Assembly: GCF_001194135.2 (NCBI RefSeq)
Contig: NC_068999.1
Coordinates: forward strand, 32,767,910 to 32,831,892
Source: Octopus bimaculoides
Taxonomy: Eukaryota
Direction: 5' to 3'
DNA: 63,983 bases
In this document: piece after piece, positions 27,505 through 40,938 of the stretch
How positions within the stretch are numbered: the first letter of the stretch is position 1
How the letters are laid out: every line of letters begins with the position of its first letter
The notes under the pieces: model-generated
What the model was told of the DNA's origin: nothing
Databases searched by the model: none
Seen by the model: the letters and a program-made list of their open reading frames with translations, nothing else
Program-made: the position numbers and the translations under genes

Positions 27505-27836
27505 TACTTTTCCTTTTTACTTGTTTCATTCATTTAACTGCAGCCATGCTGGAGCACCACTTTGAAGAGTGTAGTCAAACAAATTGACTGCAGTCCTTGT
27601 ACTTTTTTCTTTAAAGCCTGGTATTTATTCTATCAGTATATTTTGCCAAACTGCCAACAACACCAGTTGTAAAGCAGTGATGGGGGACAAGAACACACAG
27701 GCACACACATAGCCCATTGTGCGCACACACACCTTTTTTCAGCTTCTATCTACCAAGTCCCCTCACAAAAACCTTTGTTGGTCTAGGACGATAGCAAACG
27801 ACACTTGTCTAAGGTGCCATGTAGTGGAGAAGCAAG
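27505..27836 (-). mobile_element. SINE family A, diverged
   Basis: cttgtttcattcatttaactgcagccatgctggagcacc ... tctaccaagtcc ... gacacttgtctaaggtgccatg. Confidence 0.8.
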
Positions 27837-29261
27837 CTTCTTTCTACGCAGTAACACCTGTCCCTATATAGTATCAAGTGGCTGAGTATTTCTCAGCCCT
27901 CGTGTAAACTTAGCCTTAACACAGACAAGTGTTACATTGACTCATGAAATTAAAGGGCCATTCCACAGATGAGCGCAATGCTCTTTCTGTTTTCCTGATT
28001 TCATTCACAAGACTTGAGTTGAACTGGTGACATGGCAGAAGACTCTGATTCAAAGTGGGTTGGAACCTTATAACCTCATGGTTGCAAATGGAACCACCTC
28101 CTCTACCACCACTACAATTGGTCATTGTTGGTCCCGTTTCGGAGTGTCAACCACAATCACTCTTAGCTTTCTTTCTCTCTGTTTGCTGCCATTTCTCAGA
28201 GTTCCTAAATTGTCAGATATATTCTTTCTTCACTGAACTTACTGACACAAGTCTCAGGTTTTCTCTTTTATTTTTCTGTTCTCCTTTTCACTTTTCTTTT
28301 TTAAAGATGAAAGACTCTTTATGAATGCATTTGAGAATCTAACCAACTTAAATGCCTTTGATAAAATGTGTTTCTTCAATATCATGCCATTATGCTTTAT
28401 TTTTTTTATAGTATTTTAATAATCTGGTATTTTTTATTTATTTATTAGAGTTATCAATATTCATATTAACCATAATCGTTGCATGACTATAGATTTGGAA
28501 CACTTTAGAGAATTTCTTGTTTAATAAATATTTAACTAAATAAAATTTACTAAGATTTTTCCATTAAAATTGAAGTAAAAGAGGAAGAACTGCAATAAAA
28601 AGAAATAAAAAGGAAAAATCCAAATATTTTAACCAAAATTCAACTTATTCTGTGCCCCCAAATGACAGTCTTTTTTTAAACAGTCTTAAGAACCAGTTCC
28701 ACATCCAAAATACATTCTAATGTAACAGTTTGCCTACAAAGTATATTTCTCTTCTATTTCCTTCTTTATTCTAAATCTGAGGGTTAAAACTCTTAATCTT
28801 ATAAAATAGATGATCTTTAACCCCCCAATACTCCAGCATATTTTGCAACAGAATCTCTTGCCATTTATAAAACTTTCTTTCTATGCAATACTTGCTGCAT
28901 TTAATGCACATATTTTCTACATAAGCTCTTATGTTTTCTAGTATTTGTTGCTACTATTGTTGTAGGTATCATTATTGTTATTATTCTTAAGATTTTGAAA
29001 ATTTAGATTTTCAAGGTTTTTATTTACTGTTTGTTTAAAATATAAAATCTGATTTCATCCTCAGAATTTCATCTTTCTGGAATTTAATACTTCAAGACTT
29101 TTGTTTTTGTATTTTATACATAAACTACACTGAAGGTGCAGAATAAACATACTATATTTTGCTTCAAAACTGAATGTATACACACATCTCACTTAGGCAT
29201 GTGTGTGTACACCTATTTTAATACACATTACATGCTCAATTTAGACATATATCTATCCCAC

Positions 29262-29324
<63 letters not shown>

Positions 29325-29604
29325 NNNNNNNNNNNNNNNNNNNNNNNNNNNNNNNNNNNNNNNNNNNNNNNNNNNNNNNNNNNNNNNNNNNNNNNNNNNN
29401 NNNNNNNNNNNNNNNNNNNNNNNNNNNNNNNNNNNNNNNNNNNNNNNNNNNNNNNNNNNNNNNNNNNNNNNNNNNNNNNNNNNNNNNNNNNNNNNNNNNN
29501 NNNNNNNNNNNNNNNNNNNNNNNNNNNNNNNNNNNNNNNNNNNNNNNNNNNNNNNNNNNNNNNNNNNNNNNNNNNNNNNNNNNNNNNNNNNNNNNNNNNN
29601 NNNN

Positions 29605-29666
<62 letters not shown>

Positions 29667-30958
29667 TGAGTGATAATGTGTATGCAATATAGGCACTGTG
29701 TGGTGAATGGTTAAGTTCACTTTGCAGTCCCAGGTTAGTGCCACTGGATGGCATCTTAGGTGAATGCCATTGTCTATAGCCTCAGATCAATGCATAACTA
29801 ATGAGTGAAATTGGGTGGATGGAAGCTGTATAGAAAGCAGCTTGTCAGATAGTTTGTGCCCATAATTCAATGTTACAGTATTGTCACACACTGTGTATCA
29901 TGCTGACCCAACATGTGATGTACATTACAGTTGAACATCATCCCAGCAACAATTTACTGTGTCATATTTCATCTAGGCATGTGACTACAGGCTATACATC
30001 ATTGACAAGCTCCTATAAGGACAAAAAGGCATCTGGTGATTCTGTGAGTTGCTGCTAGGATATGTTTTTAATACATGTTTATGGAGAGACATTTCCTTAG
30101 ACAAAACCACAGCTTCATGCTTGTCAATGGTGTGTGTATGTGTGTGTTTTAAGTATACTACACAGATGGCATTTATAATTTAATACTGTTTCAATTGTGT
30201 ACACTGAGTTAATTTTAGCCTGACAAGCTTTCAGCAGCCTCACTTTGCTATTTATCAGAGTTGACAGATTTCATCTAGGCATTTAACTGCTGAATACATG
30301 GCATGGAGAAACCCCAAGAGGGGTGAAGTGCATATTGTGTTTTTAATACATGTCTATGAAGAGATTTTTATCTCAGACAAAAGCTACAGCATCATGCCTG
30401 TCAATAGTATATATTATGATACACAGATGGTTTTTATAATTACATGTTATTTTTTAATAATTCATCTAACTCTAGTTCATTAAAACTGCCTCCCAAACTA
30501 CAATATTCTGTAAGAGGGACACCTGAAGATGGAAAGTGAAGCGAGAGAGGCTTCTACAATCCATTTAATCTGTATTCCTACCCTTTTCATGTTTATTCTG
30601 TATTGTTTCAACCTTTCCCCCTGAAATCCTTTTTCTTTGCTATCGTATGATATCAAGCATTTTCTGGTTTAAGTAGAGAGAAATTTAATTTAATTAGAAA
30701 AATTTTGAAAGAGTTAAGTTTTCTTTATAGTAAATCTAATTTATTCAATTTTTTTCTTCTTTCCCATCAATGCCATCCTTTCTTCAGTTATCTTTGGATT
30801 TAACTTTAGTTGTTTATTTTTGTTGCAATTAAAAAAAAGAAAATTCCCTGTTTTATTTTACTGATTTTTCAAAAATGTTACTCGATACCATGTTACATTG
30901 TTAATCACTTAATAAACTGATGGGATTTTCATTATTATTATTTTTTTTATCTTTTCAG

Positions 30959-31006
30959 GTTGATTTTGAACAAGATTGGGAATATGAAGAAATTGCTTTG
31001 GAGAGG
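30959..31006 (+). CDS. dlg1: Internal phase-0/phase-0 exon of a discs-large MAGUK (segment immediately before PDZ1), VDFEQDWEYEEIALER
   Basis: Strong acceptor (ttttttttatcttttcag|G) and donor (GAGG|gtaagt), 48 nt, open in frame 0. The peptide resembles PSD-95 VNGTEGEMEYEEITLER and fly Dlg VNGDDSWLYEDIQLER, which are followed by GNSGLGFSIAGG; as I recall, vertebrate DLG genes have an intron after LER. Recognised from memory of the family, not by database search. Confidence 0.8.
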
Positions 31007-32865
31007 GTAAGTCTCTGACAGAATCATTCTCTTGGAATTAATTTTCTTAATGCTGTCAATGATTTATCTTCTCATCTTATATGGATTTTCTTCTAATTTC
31101 TTCCTCTGTCTTCTCCTTCTTTCATCTCTTCCTCCTCCTGTTCTTCTCTCATCTCCTCTTTTTGTCTTTTACTTTCTCCCTCCCCTTCTCTCAGTATTTT
31201 TCAGAAACATCACCCTTTTTCTGTTGTCTTAAGGGGTTCATTTCTGTTTGATTGTTTCACCTGTTCTGTAAAGTAAAGGAATGTTAAGGCCCTGGGGTTG
31301 AGGAAGATAGTGAGTGGGGTCACATAAAAAGGGTGGGTGTGGCAATGTAACATTGTAGAAAAATGGAGTGGGGGTGAAAGAATGGGATGGTGCTAATTCA
31401 ATGTTTCTTTTCATCAACTTCTATTCTGCCAACCATTCACATAAGTCACGTTCTTGTTAAGCATCACCATCAACACTAGCACTACAACTACCAACACTGC
31501 TACTACACTATCACACCACCACTACTGCTGCCACCATTACCATTTTAACTTATACCAACATGTTTCATCATCATCATCGACAATATTTAGCATCCATTTT
31601 CCATGCTGGCATTGGTTGGACAGATTGACAAAAGCTGACCAGGCTCCATGTCTGTTTTGGCAAGGTTTCTATGGCAGGATGCCCTTCCTAATGCCAACCA
31701 CTTTACAGTGTGTACTGGGTGCTTTTTACATGGCATCATCACCAGTGCTTTTTATGTGGTGCAAGCTCCCACCTATGCTTTTTATGTGACACCTTAGTTT
31801 TAGGATCTCTTTTCTATTGTGGTGGGCAGATTTTCTTAAGTACAGCAATAACCACATATCTCAATCCTCTGTCATCTCCTTCATAAGATTCAGCATTTTC
31901 CATTACTGTTATTTTTAATGGGTTAAACAGGTTTGTAAAATCACACACAGACACACCTCCTTGCATTTAGTGTCACTGAATATAGTATTCACATTCTCTA
32001 TGTAACACAGACCTCCATCATCTCATTCATAAAGTCCATTATTGATACACTCCACCAAGCTGTAAAAAGGTTATTATGTGTAGGTACATTTCACTGCTTT
32101 TCATTGCTTGATCTGGCAGTCCTGAGTGCAGGAATGGCAGCTTTCATTAACAAAGACAGTTTTGTGTTTCACCAGAGTTATGTTGATAGTTCAGTTAGTG
32201 TTAACATGTTGAATACATGACACATTAAAAAGCTAATTTGAGATAAAGGTTAATTAGCTAAAAAGTATATTACTGTAAATTAATTTGATATGAGATGTTG
32301 GATTTGCAACTTTTTAGACTTTTGTATTTCTTCAAAGACTGACAGAATATAGAGGCTAAAACTAAAACAAATATGCAGTAAGGAAAAACTGTTATTGGTA
32401 AATGGCTATTAAAATATTTATTTTACAGCAAGTACAAATGAAAATTAACTCTGAACATGTTTTTGCTGTATTCTGACCTTTTCAGTGAAATCTGGTTTAT
32501 TGTTTAAAAAAATACTATTGGTGTCTTCCAGTTTCAATATCAGTGACAACAATTATTGATCTGTTCAGCTCATCTTTCCTCTTCCTGTCACTCTTGTATC
32601 CACTCTCCCAGGGCATGCACTACTCAGAACACCAAGTCCTTACTTCTAAGAAAGTCAGCCATCAGAATTCTTTCTCTGCTTATATCTTTGCTGTAGGAGT
32701 TGACTTAAAAAAAGGAACATTAATGACATCAATCTCCACTGGGTCTGCAAATGCCGTGGAATTCTTCAACTTTAAAATTAAAGAAATGTTGTGTCTATCC
32801 TTAGTTACTGTTAGGAAGACATTTCTTACATTTAGAAATAGTACCAGCATGGTGGGCAACATATA

Positions 32866-32913
<48 letters not shown>

Positions 32914-33307
32914 TACTGTCATCTCTAAAACCTGTTAAATGTAGTGCTGTGTTTGTCTCAGAGATCTGAAGATGCTGAAATGAAAAATTCAATATTACAC
33001 TGTCTGGTGGTACAGTAAAAATGAAGTTACAAAAAAATGTTGAAGCACGTTTTCTATAACTTGATACTCTTCTAGTCACCAACCCTCACCTGCTTTCAAA
33101 CTAGGTAATATTCAATCTATCTGCTCAAACAGCACAATGACTACTTACTTCATGAAAGATTGCATATGAATGACATAACTTATGTTAGTTTATATTTAAT
33201 TGTATGGGAACATACACAACAGGCTTCCATACACACAACAGGCTTCCATCAGTTCCCTTCTACCAGATCCACTCAAAAGGCTTTGGTCAGGCAACATAGT
33301 TCCAGAT

Positions 33308-33557
33308 CAGTGGTTCTCAATCATGGTCCATATGACCCTTGGGGGTCCATATAAGATTTTGTTGTTAAAATTTATGTACAATGAATTGGTTATACTTCTA
33401 CAATACACAAAATATTCTTAATTTTATTATACAATTCCTAATAATGTTTGATTATGAAAATGTAAGGGATTTTTTGAATATCAAATTGCTAGAAGGGTCC
33501 ATCCATGTAAATAGGAATCAGAGGGGTCCATAGGTGAAAAATGGCTGAGAAACATTG
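33308..33557. mobile_element. hAT-type MITE
   Basis: TIRs cagtggttctcaa / ctgagaaacattg, 8-bp TSD ttccagat/ttctagat; homologous to 50869-51106. Confidence 0.85.
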
Positions 33558-34867
33558 TTCTAGATGTATAAAAAGATGGAATGGTCACACCTTTGAATCA
33601 TAGGTTTGCTGGGTCAGGGCTGACCAGCAGCTAAACAAGAATACATATATATGTCTCAAGATTTGCAGATGCTCCAGCTACAGCCAAAAGAGACTCAATA
33701 TAGAATAGTTGTGGCTAAAACTGATATTTTGATTTCTTTCTACCATCTCCATGCGTGTATTTCTCGCTCCATTTCTCACGAAAATCTATTTTCATTGTTC
33801 ACTTTTGGCAAAAGTTTTCTAAAACTAATTCTTCCATAAAACGGTAACTGAAGATATTTCAACTCTTATCTCACAAATCTTTTTTCTATTTTCTTTTTAT
33901 CCATTAAAAACATTCTTCTTTGATTTCTTTTCATTTTCTTCTACATCATCATCATCTTCATCATTGCCACCACCACCACCGCTATTTCAACAATAACTAC
34001 TGCTGCTTTTTTTTTTTTTTATTACTTTTTTTTCTTTTTTTCTTGTTATTATTTTTCTTAGAACTTCTTTTCTTGTTGTTCTTCATCTGTATTTTTTTCC
34101 CCATCTTTTAAGCTGCTGTTCTTTTAGCTAAAAGTGAAACATGCCACTTCAGTTGTCTTTCTCCATCAGAATTGCTTCCTCTGTTCCGCACCTTTCTGCA
34201 GTTTCCTCCTCCTCTACTGCCTCTTTCCATCTATAAGTGGTTTCTTCAGTTTTAAATGATTCCATTTAATGTTACACTGATCAGTCATTACTGACCCTCA
34301 CTGCTGATACCCTCCTCTACTGTTATCACTACTACTACCACCACCACCACCTCATTGCTGACTCACTCCTCTACTATCATCACCACCACCACCACAATGC
34401 TGATACACCACTAGTGGTAACACTACCACAACCACCTCATAACTGACACATTCCTCTACTTCCACCACCTCACTATTACCCCCAATACAACCCCACATAC
34501 ACACACACATCTTCCAGTGAGACCAGACAAATATAAGTAACATATACAGTTGCATCTTCAAAAACCTTATTGACCCCAAATGTGTTGGGACTCACACCAT
34601 TAAGTATAGAGAAACAGCTGGTGTCATGCTAAGTTAACCTTCCTTGTCTCTGCTAAGCCATTACCAGGATCTGCAGAGTACAGAAATAAACTGGACAGAG
34701 TGGGAAGCATAATACACTGACTGCATTACAGTGGAATTCATATCAGTCATCATTGAATACTGGATGGGGCTGTGTCTTTAGGAGTACAGAAGTAGCCTGG
34801 ACAGTGCAGCGTGCCTGGCTTGTCATACTGCATCATGTACAGTTCAGTACTGCATGTGATGAATCAT

Positions 34868-35078
34868 GTTGGTTTCAAATTTTGGCACAAGGCTAGCAAT
34901 TTTAGGAGAAGGGGCGAGTCAATTACATCATCCCCAGTGTGCAACTGGTACTTATTTTATCAACCCTGAAAGGATGAAAGGCAAAGTTGACCTCTGGAAT
35001 TTGAACTCAGAATGTAAAGACAAACAAAATGCCACTAAGTATTTTGCTTGGAATGCTAATGATTCTGCCAGCTGACTG
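34868..35078 (-). mobile_element. tRNA-derived SINE family B (CORE-like central domain)
   Basis: Minus head cagctggcagaatcattagca, B-box-like gagttcaaattcc, central gtcaactttgcctttcatcctttc...aaataagtaccag. Confidence 0.85.
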
Positions 35079-35088
35079 GATGAATCAT

Positions 35089-35303
35089 ATTGGTCTCAAA
35101 TTTTGGCATAAAGCCAGCAATATTGGGGAGGGGATAAGTCAATTACATCAACCCATGTTCGACTGGTACTCATTTTATCAACCCCAAAAGGATGAAAGGT
35201 AAAGTTGACCTTGGCAGAACTTGAACTCAGAACATAAGGATGGATGAAATGTCACCAAGCATTTTGCCCAGCATGCTAACAGTTTTACCAGCTCACTGTC
35301 TTG
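35089..35303 (-). mobile_element. SINE family B, second tandem copy
   Basis: Same motifs as 34868-35078, separated by a repeated gatgaatcat. Confidence 0.85.
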
Positions 35304-35553
35304 TGTGATGAATCATACTAAGTGCAGTTTGTGGTCCTTAGCTAGATGGAGTCATAGTAAAACTGAGGCTACCTTTGTATCATAGGACATCTAGTTCAGT
35401 GCTAACCTGGAGCTATAAACCACCACAATCTACTCTGGCACTACCACTATTCTACTCTTCATCCCCTCCAAACCACCGTGTATAAAATCAATCAATATAA
35501 CTATATATTCTATATATGAAATATATGTATGTATATATATATATATATATATG

Positions 35554-35605
<52 letters not shown>

Positions 35606-35854
35606 TGTCTTCTTTCAACCATTTAACCATTGCAACTTTCATATACTGTACATCCTAACTTCTTTTCTAGTAACATTTAGTAATTCTTCAAATTTAGAAC
35701 TTTTACTTCCTTGACTCCACCTCCTCTTCCTCGTCCTTTCTCTTTGTCTCTTCTTTTGTTTTACCATTCTCATTGCAATGAATCATGTTCACTGCAAATG
35801 ACATCGCCCAACAAACAATTCAGATATCTGACTTTTTCCTTATTTCTCTCACTC

Positions 35855-35886
<32 letters not shown>

Positions 35887-38866
35887 ATATGCTTTATCAT
35901 ATTTGCTATATAACAATGCTACAATCATTATAGTCTGTAACTATTTAGTAGAATAGTACCATCTTACTATAAAATCTCTTAACTTCTAATTCACGCTATA
36001 TCAATGATCAATAAATAAGAACCAGCATTGTCCTAGGTATGCGGAACAAATAAAACAGTGCAGTGACAATGAGCAGGAACATAACTGAAAGAATAACAAT
36101 ACATTTCACATCTCTAGAGCATTCCCCTAAACAGCTCACAATTGGACATCCTCATGATGCCAATATCTTGTGTGTATGTATGGTGATTACCGCATTTTGT
36201 CAAATCATAGCCATCTCACATTCAGCCTAATTATAGTGAGACATCTGTACATCAATAACTTTAAGTGACAAAAGGTTGTACAGCACTTTCCCACTCCACT
36301 GGTCATCATAGTAGGTTCCAGTGACAAGCATTGTTAGATGACTGGTACTATTTTGACTGCAAGTTATATATACACACATGTTTTTTCTGACCAAATATGT
36401 TGTAGAATAATTTCCTAAAGGTATTATTTGGAAACTACCAAGTATATTAAGAACTGAACTAGAATGAAGAGGTTTCCAAAGATAACTCTCGGTGATATTA
36501 ACTGTATTCTACCAACTGTTTGTTCAATTCTTTGATAAGGTAATTAATGGGATTCAGATTTGATTGAAATAGAATTTCTCCATTCTAAAGGATCTATCAA
36601 TCAGCCTCTATGTGGTTACATGGTTCACTAGAAATCACAGCCAGATTCCCTTAAATCATACTCAACCTCTTCAAAGAGGAGAATACTGATGAATGTGGTT
36701 GAAACTGTGTCTGAATAGTGAAAGTGTACAGTGCCTGATTGTCTTTGGATTAAGCCTTAACTGTGGATTTAGAACACTAATCTCCAGCTAAGTGACATTG
36801 AACTTGTTAGACAAGGGACAAGTGTTATTATTATCAGGGTAGAAGAAACATGGATGGATGGAGTTTGGGGTGGTTGTTTTTACTCAAGTCAGTTGTAATT
36901 GAGAAAAATCTATTATTAAAAGTATTCTGCCTATTCTATGTTCAAACTGGCCAGATCTGGTCTCTCACACCAACCATACAATAGGGTTTTAAAAATTAGT
37001 AGCTACCTCATCAAAATATCATAGCTACGAGATAATGCTTGATTAGTTTAAAACAATGTGGATAAAAAAGCATTAATTATGGCAGAATAATGTGAACACT
37101 AAAGGGTTAAATATATACCAGCTATGATCATACTGTCTTTTTACATATAAGGGGCTTCTTTGTTGTTCAATGTATCCTTTATTTTGACAACAAAGCTTGG
37201 ACTGGAGATTTTGCTGCTATTTCTAGTATATTGACATCATTGAAGCTCTCTTATCTTTCAGAAATTCTATTCTAGTGTTATGGTGATAGTGGGAATGGCA
37301 TTGCATTGCTGATTGCATTATTGTTGTGATGAGGGTGATGTTGTAGTACTGGTGTTATGGTGGTGGGGATGGTGTTGATGATAGCCATTTTCAGACCTGG
37401 TAGTTTTCATTACTCTGCTACAACTATAATATCAATTATATACAGCTACTCTGTAATGTGTATTTCACAGAGATGTTGATAACTGTAGGTAAGCAGAGGC
37501 GTATGGGAGTATATCAGTAGATGAACAGAATATGTTTAACAATTGTAAATTGTGCTCCACTTATTGCATTATTTTCTACCTAGGCCCTCAGTAAGCTTTC
37601 CCTAATATGCAATTATCAAAACCAAGTTATTATTAGTTACTGCACAAAAATATCTCTTGGACAGTTAACATTTGCTGGAGCGAATTAATTCTCTCTTTGA
37701 CTTCATAATTTGTACTACAAAGTAGTAATAGCTTGCTAGTGTAGTTCTTGATGTTGTTGTTGTGATGGTGTTTCTGGCAGTTCTTATTTTCCTTGTTCAT
37801 TTTATAATAGCTCTTGTCTTAAGTAAAACGAAGAATGCTTCCTGTGATGATTGCTAGAGGGCAAGACATTTCAACGAAATATGCTTGTCTTATTTGTTGA
37901 GCCACATTTTCACCGCTGCAGCTAATATCGGAAAAGCAAATTTTGTGCGTATGTGTATGCACATATATGAAATTACAATGGCAATTATCTGTGAAATTCC
38001 AGCTTAACCTAGCAGAAAGTTCACATGTGAAGTACTATAGTTTATTAAGCCACTCTTATAAAATGAAGTCCTTTGTAAAATATGCATATCTGTGGCTTCT
38101 CTTTAAACAGCAAACAGCAAAGGAAGAATATGAAGACAAAGAAGATGACACCAAAATGTCTTCTTTCTGCTCTGTTTCATGTATTTATTGGTGATCTACT
38201 CTTTGTGTTCATGTGAAAACTGTCATATATTTACTCCAGTAAGCTCTGTTTGTTCTCATCTGTTTTCATCTGTTTATGCTATGAAAATCGCTTTCGTTGG
38301 TAAAATCATTTTTATGATGCAAAAAAAGTGTTTGGAAGGCTACAGATGTTTCCACTACACTAATTGTATAGATTTTTATTGTTTTTATTTTTGTGAAATC
38401 GTATCTTTTTGGGCTTAACATCTTCTATATAAATGTGTGTCTGTGTGTGTTTGCAGTATTACAACTTTATATTTGTTCTTTTGTTTCTGTCATAACGATA
38501 GTGTATGCATCTTCTAAGGGAAGAGTGGGTGTGGTGGTGTGTAATATATATATATATAAAGAATTGGAATTCTGCTAAATTGTGTCGAATTGCTTACTTT
38601 AAGAGATGAGAGAGAGAGAGAGAGACTAAACAAAAGATGCATGTGCATATGAGTGCATATGTGTATGTGACAACCACACTTAAACAACGTTTTCTATATT
38701 TTTCAAAATTTCAATTAAATGATTTTATTGGAGTTATATTCCTTAGATATTGTAGATTTTAAGCACTCATAGAGGGAGTTTTGTTATCCAATTGCATGAT
38801 TATTTTTAGTTAGTTTTCCACTCAAATATATGTATACACACACACACACACATATATATATCCCTA

Positions 38867-39060
38867 TATTGCTCAAAACGGTTTGATTTGGATTCCATGC
38901 TACTTCATGTTTCGCAAGCCCCTGACAGAGCCTGTCTCCTCAGGCTGGTGGGATATCCTCAGGCATTTGGATATCCCACCAGCCTGAGGAGACAGGCTCT
39001 GTCAGAGGCTTGTGAAACATGAAGTAGCACGGAAACCAAATCAATCTGTTTTAAACAATA
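38867..39060. mobile_element. 194-bp palindrome (92-bp arms, 10-nt loop) with two divergent hammerhead motifs
   Basis: Arms 38867-38958 and 38969-39060 are near-perfect reverse complements; each contains CTGAGGA...GAAAC.atgaa.GTA. Confidence 0.85.
38895..38948 (-). ncRNA. Type I hammerhead motif (left arm, better preserved; mirror copy at 38979-39032 +)
   Basis: CCAGC-CTGAGGA-G.a.CAGGCTCT.gtca.GGGGCTTG.C-GAAA-C.atgaa.G-TA-GCaTGG. G-C closing pair, GUA triplet, 5-bp stem I with one bulge. Confidence 0.55.
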
Positions 39061-39698
39061 CATGTAACTCCCAATAAATGTATTGAATGCCTTTTCTTCA
39101 TTTGTCCTCTCAGTCATTCATATATATGTGTGTGTGTGTGTGTGTAAGGATGTCAATAATAAATGTCCTAATGTTGTGTGTGTGTGGTGTTTAGCACTAT
39201 AGAAGGGAAAGTGATAACGTTAGCTAACAACAAAGAGCATAGGTGATGAATGTCAATAAACCAAGGGAGAGATGTAGTGATGGTGGGCAGCAGGGACAGG
39301 GAGTGGTGAAGTACATTGGATGCCAGTAGATTTAATGTAATCCCTCATTATTCAGGCATCATGATGAGAGAGATAGTATTGGGCAGCCAAATATTTGCTG
39401 ATAAAAGAGAGGGTAAGTAATTGGTGGTCATAGAAATCCTCAGTGCTAAGGTGTGATGGATGACAATGATGCTGTAAATAACAGAGGAAAGAAATAGGGC
39501 AAGTTAGGGTTTTATTAAATAGGGAAGAGGAACAGCAGATTGAGTCTTACCAAGTACAAACTGGACAAAAGACCTAAACATTATATATCCCAGTCTCCCT
39601 CATTAATCCCATTTTATGTATGCTTCACTATACTTGTCATGTGGATGACTCTTCAAAATTGCACATCATCAGTAGTTATTGCCCATTATCTTACCTAT

Positions 39699-39766
39699 CA
39701 GGAGATGCAACATCTTGAGAGCCGTCTTCACCACTTCATTCAAAGTCTCCCTCTCCCGCAAGCTCC
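39699..39766 (-). pseudogene. Tiny RTE-like LINE ORF2 C-terminal remnant
   Basis: Minus strand gives GACGRGR, then after a frameshift TLNEVVKTALKMLHL, similar to the RTE C-terminal GRGRPxKTWxEVVxxDL pattern. Confidence 0.45.
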
Positions 39767-40205
39767 TTTTACTTTCAGAAACTTTTCAGTGCCTTTTAAC
39801 TTTTACTGCAGTCATGCTGGGACACCGCCTTGAATGATTTTAGTTCAATGAATCAACCCTAGTACTTATTTTTTTAAAACCTGGTTGCTTTTGCTGAACT
39901 GCTAAGTTACTGGACATACACACAACAACACTGGTTGTCAAATTGGTGGTAGTGGACAGACACAAAGACACAAACGTGTATATCTCTCTCTCTTTCTCTC
40001 TCTCTCTCTTTATATACATATATGTATATATATNNNNNNNNNNNNNNNNNNNNNNNNNNNNNNNNNNNNNNNNNNNNNNNNNNNNNNNNNNNNNNNNNNN
40101 NNNNNNNNNNNNNNNNNNNNNNNNNNNNNNNNNNNNNNNNNNNNNNNNNNNNNNNNNNNNNNNNNNNNNNNNNNNNNNNNNNNNNNNNNNNNNNNNNNNN
40201 NNNNN

Positions 40206-40938
40206 ATAGTTGGAATTTACAAAAACAAAAGACAAAGACGGGTGTGTAAACAACAAACAGATGTATTAGTTTAACGCTTGGGAAAAAGACTTTTACATTT
40301 CGAGCCTACGCTCTTCAACAGAAAGGAACACAGAAATAAATAGAGAGAGAAAATAAAAAAGGTTTAGTGGCTAGCAGTCAGTCATGACGAATGCTGGACA
40401 GAGGTGGTCAGACCGGAGAGTTAGGAAGAAGGGGAGATAATAAAGTAGTGGTGATCCCAAAAGGAAGGTGCATGTGGATAGGGGCTGGTGACCTTGACAT
40501 GTGTAGGTGTGTGGATGATGGCATGAGTGGTGGGAAGTGGTCAGTGCTAGTGGGGGGGTGATGTGGATGAGGGGGGGAAGCAATGGTGGGATGGGATGTA
40601 TAGGGATGGTGGGGTTGGAATGTGTAGGGACGGGGTAATGATGGCAGGGTGACGATGAAGGGAGGTAGTAGGTGTCAGAGCAAGAGGAGAGGTTGGTGGG
40701 AGTGAAGTGAGGAAGTAGGTGTGAGAGGATAGAGGAGGGGGGATAGATGAAGAGGTGAGGAGAGTTGAGCCCATTTGATGCAAAGGAGCGAAGAGAGAAG
40801 GTTGATTCCTGTTCAGGGTGAAGTTGGGATTCTGAATGGCCCCTGTGTGAGGACAATCCAAACACAGACAGGTGTTGTAAAGAATGACCGGTAGAGCGGA
40901 AATGGCATGAGGTTGAGGGGTCGTTGCCGAGTCTGATG
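40206..40938 (-). mobile_element. Penelope-like element 3' remnant: GIY-YIG endonuclease C-terminus, low-complexity UTR, hammerhead-like motif
   Basis: About 40745-40937 translates as [58 protein letters not shown], matching the PLE C-terminal pattern HFxxxGH...EQ..IFxLxTxxPxGLN. Confidence 0.75.
40290..40325 (-). ncRNA. Degenerate minimal hammerhead motif in the PLE 3' end
   Basis: CTTT-CTGTTGA-a-GAGC.gtag.GCTC-GAAA-TG-TA-AAAG. 4-bp stems I and II; non-canonical U at core position 6 and ACGT>ATGT. Confidence 0.55.

Noticed and set aside
36681-36716. CTGATGA-atgtggtt-GAAAC-tgt-GTC hammerhead-like string
   Set aside because: Stem II and stem I barely pair; about one such hit is plausible by chance in 128 kb of both strands.
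39356-39412. 57-nt cag...gtaagt bounded exon candidate
   Set aside because: Phase 0, required after the dlg1 exon, has an immediate TGA. The only open frame (IMMREIVLGSQIFADKRE) does not resemble PDZ1.
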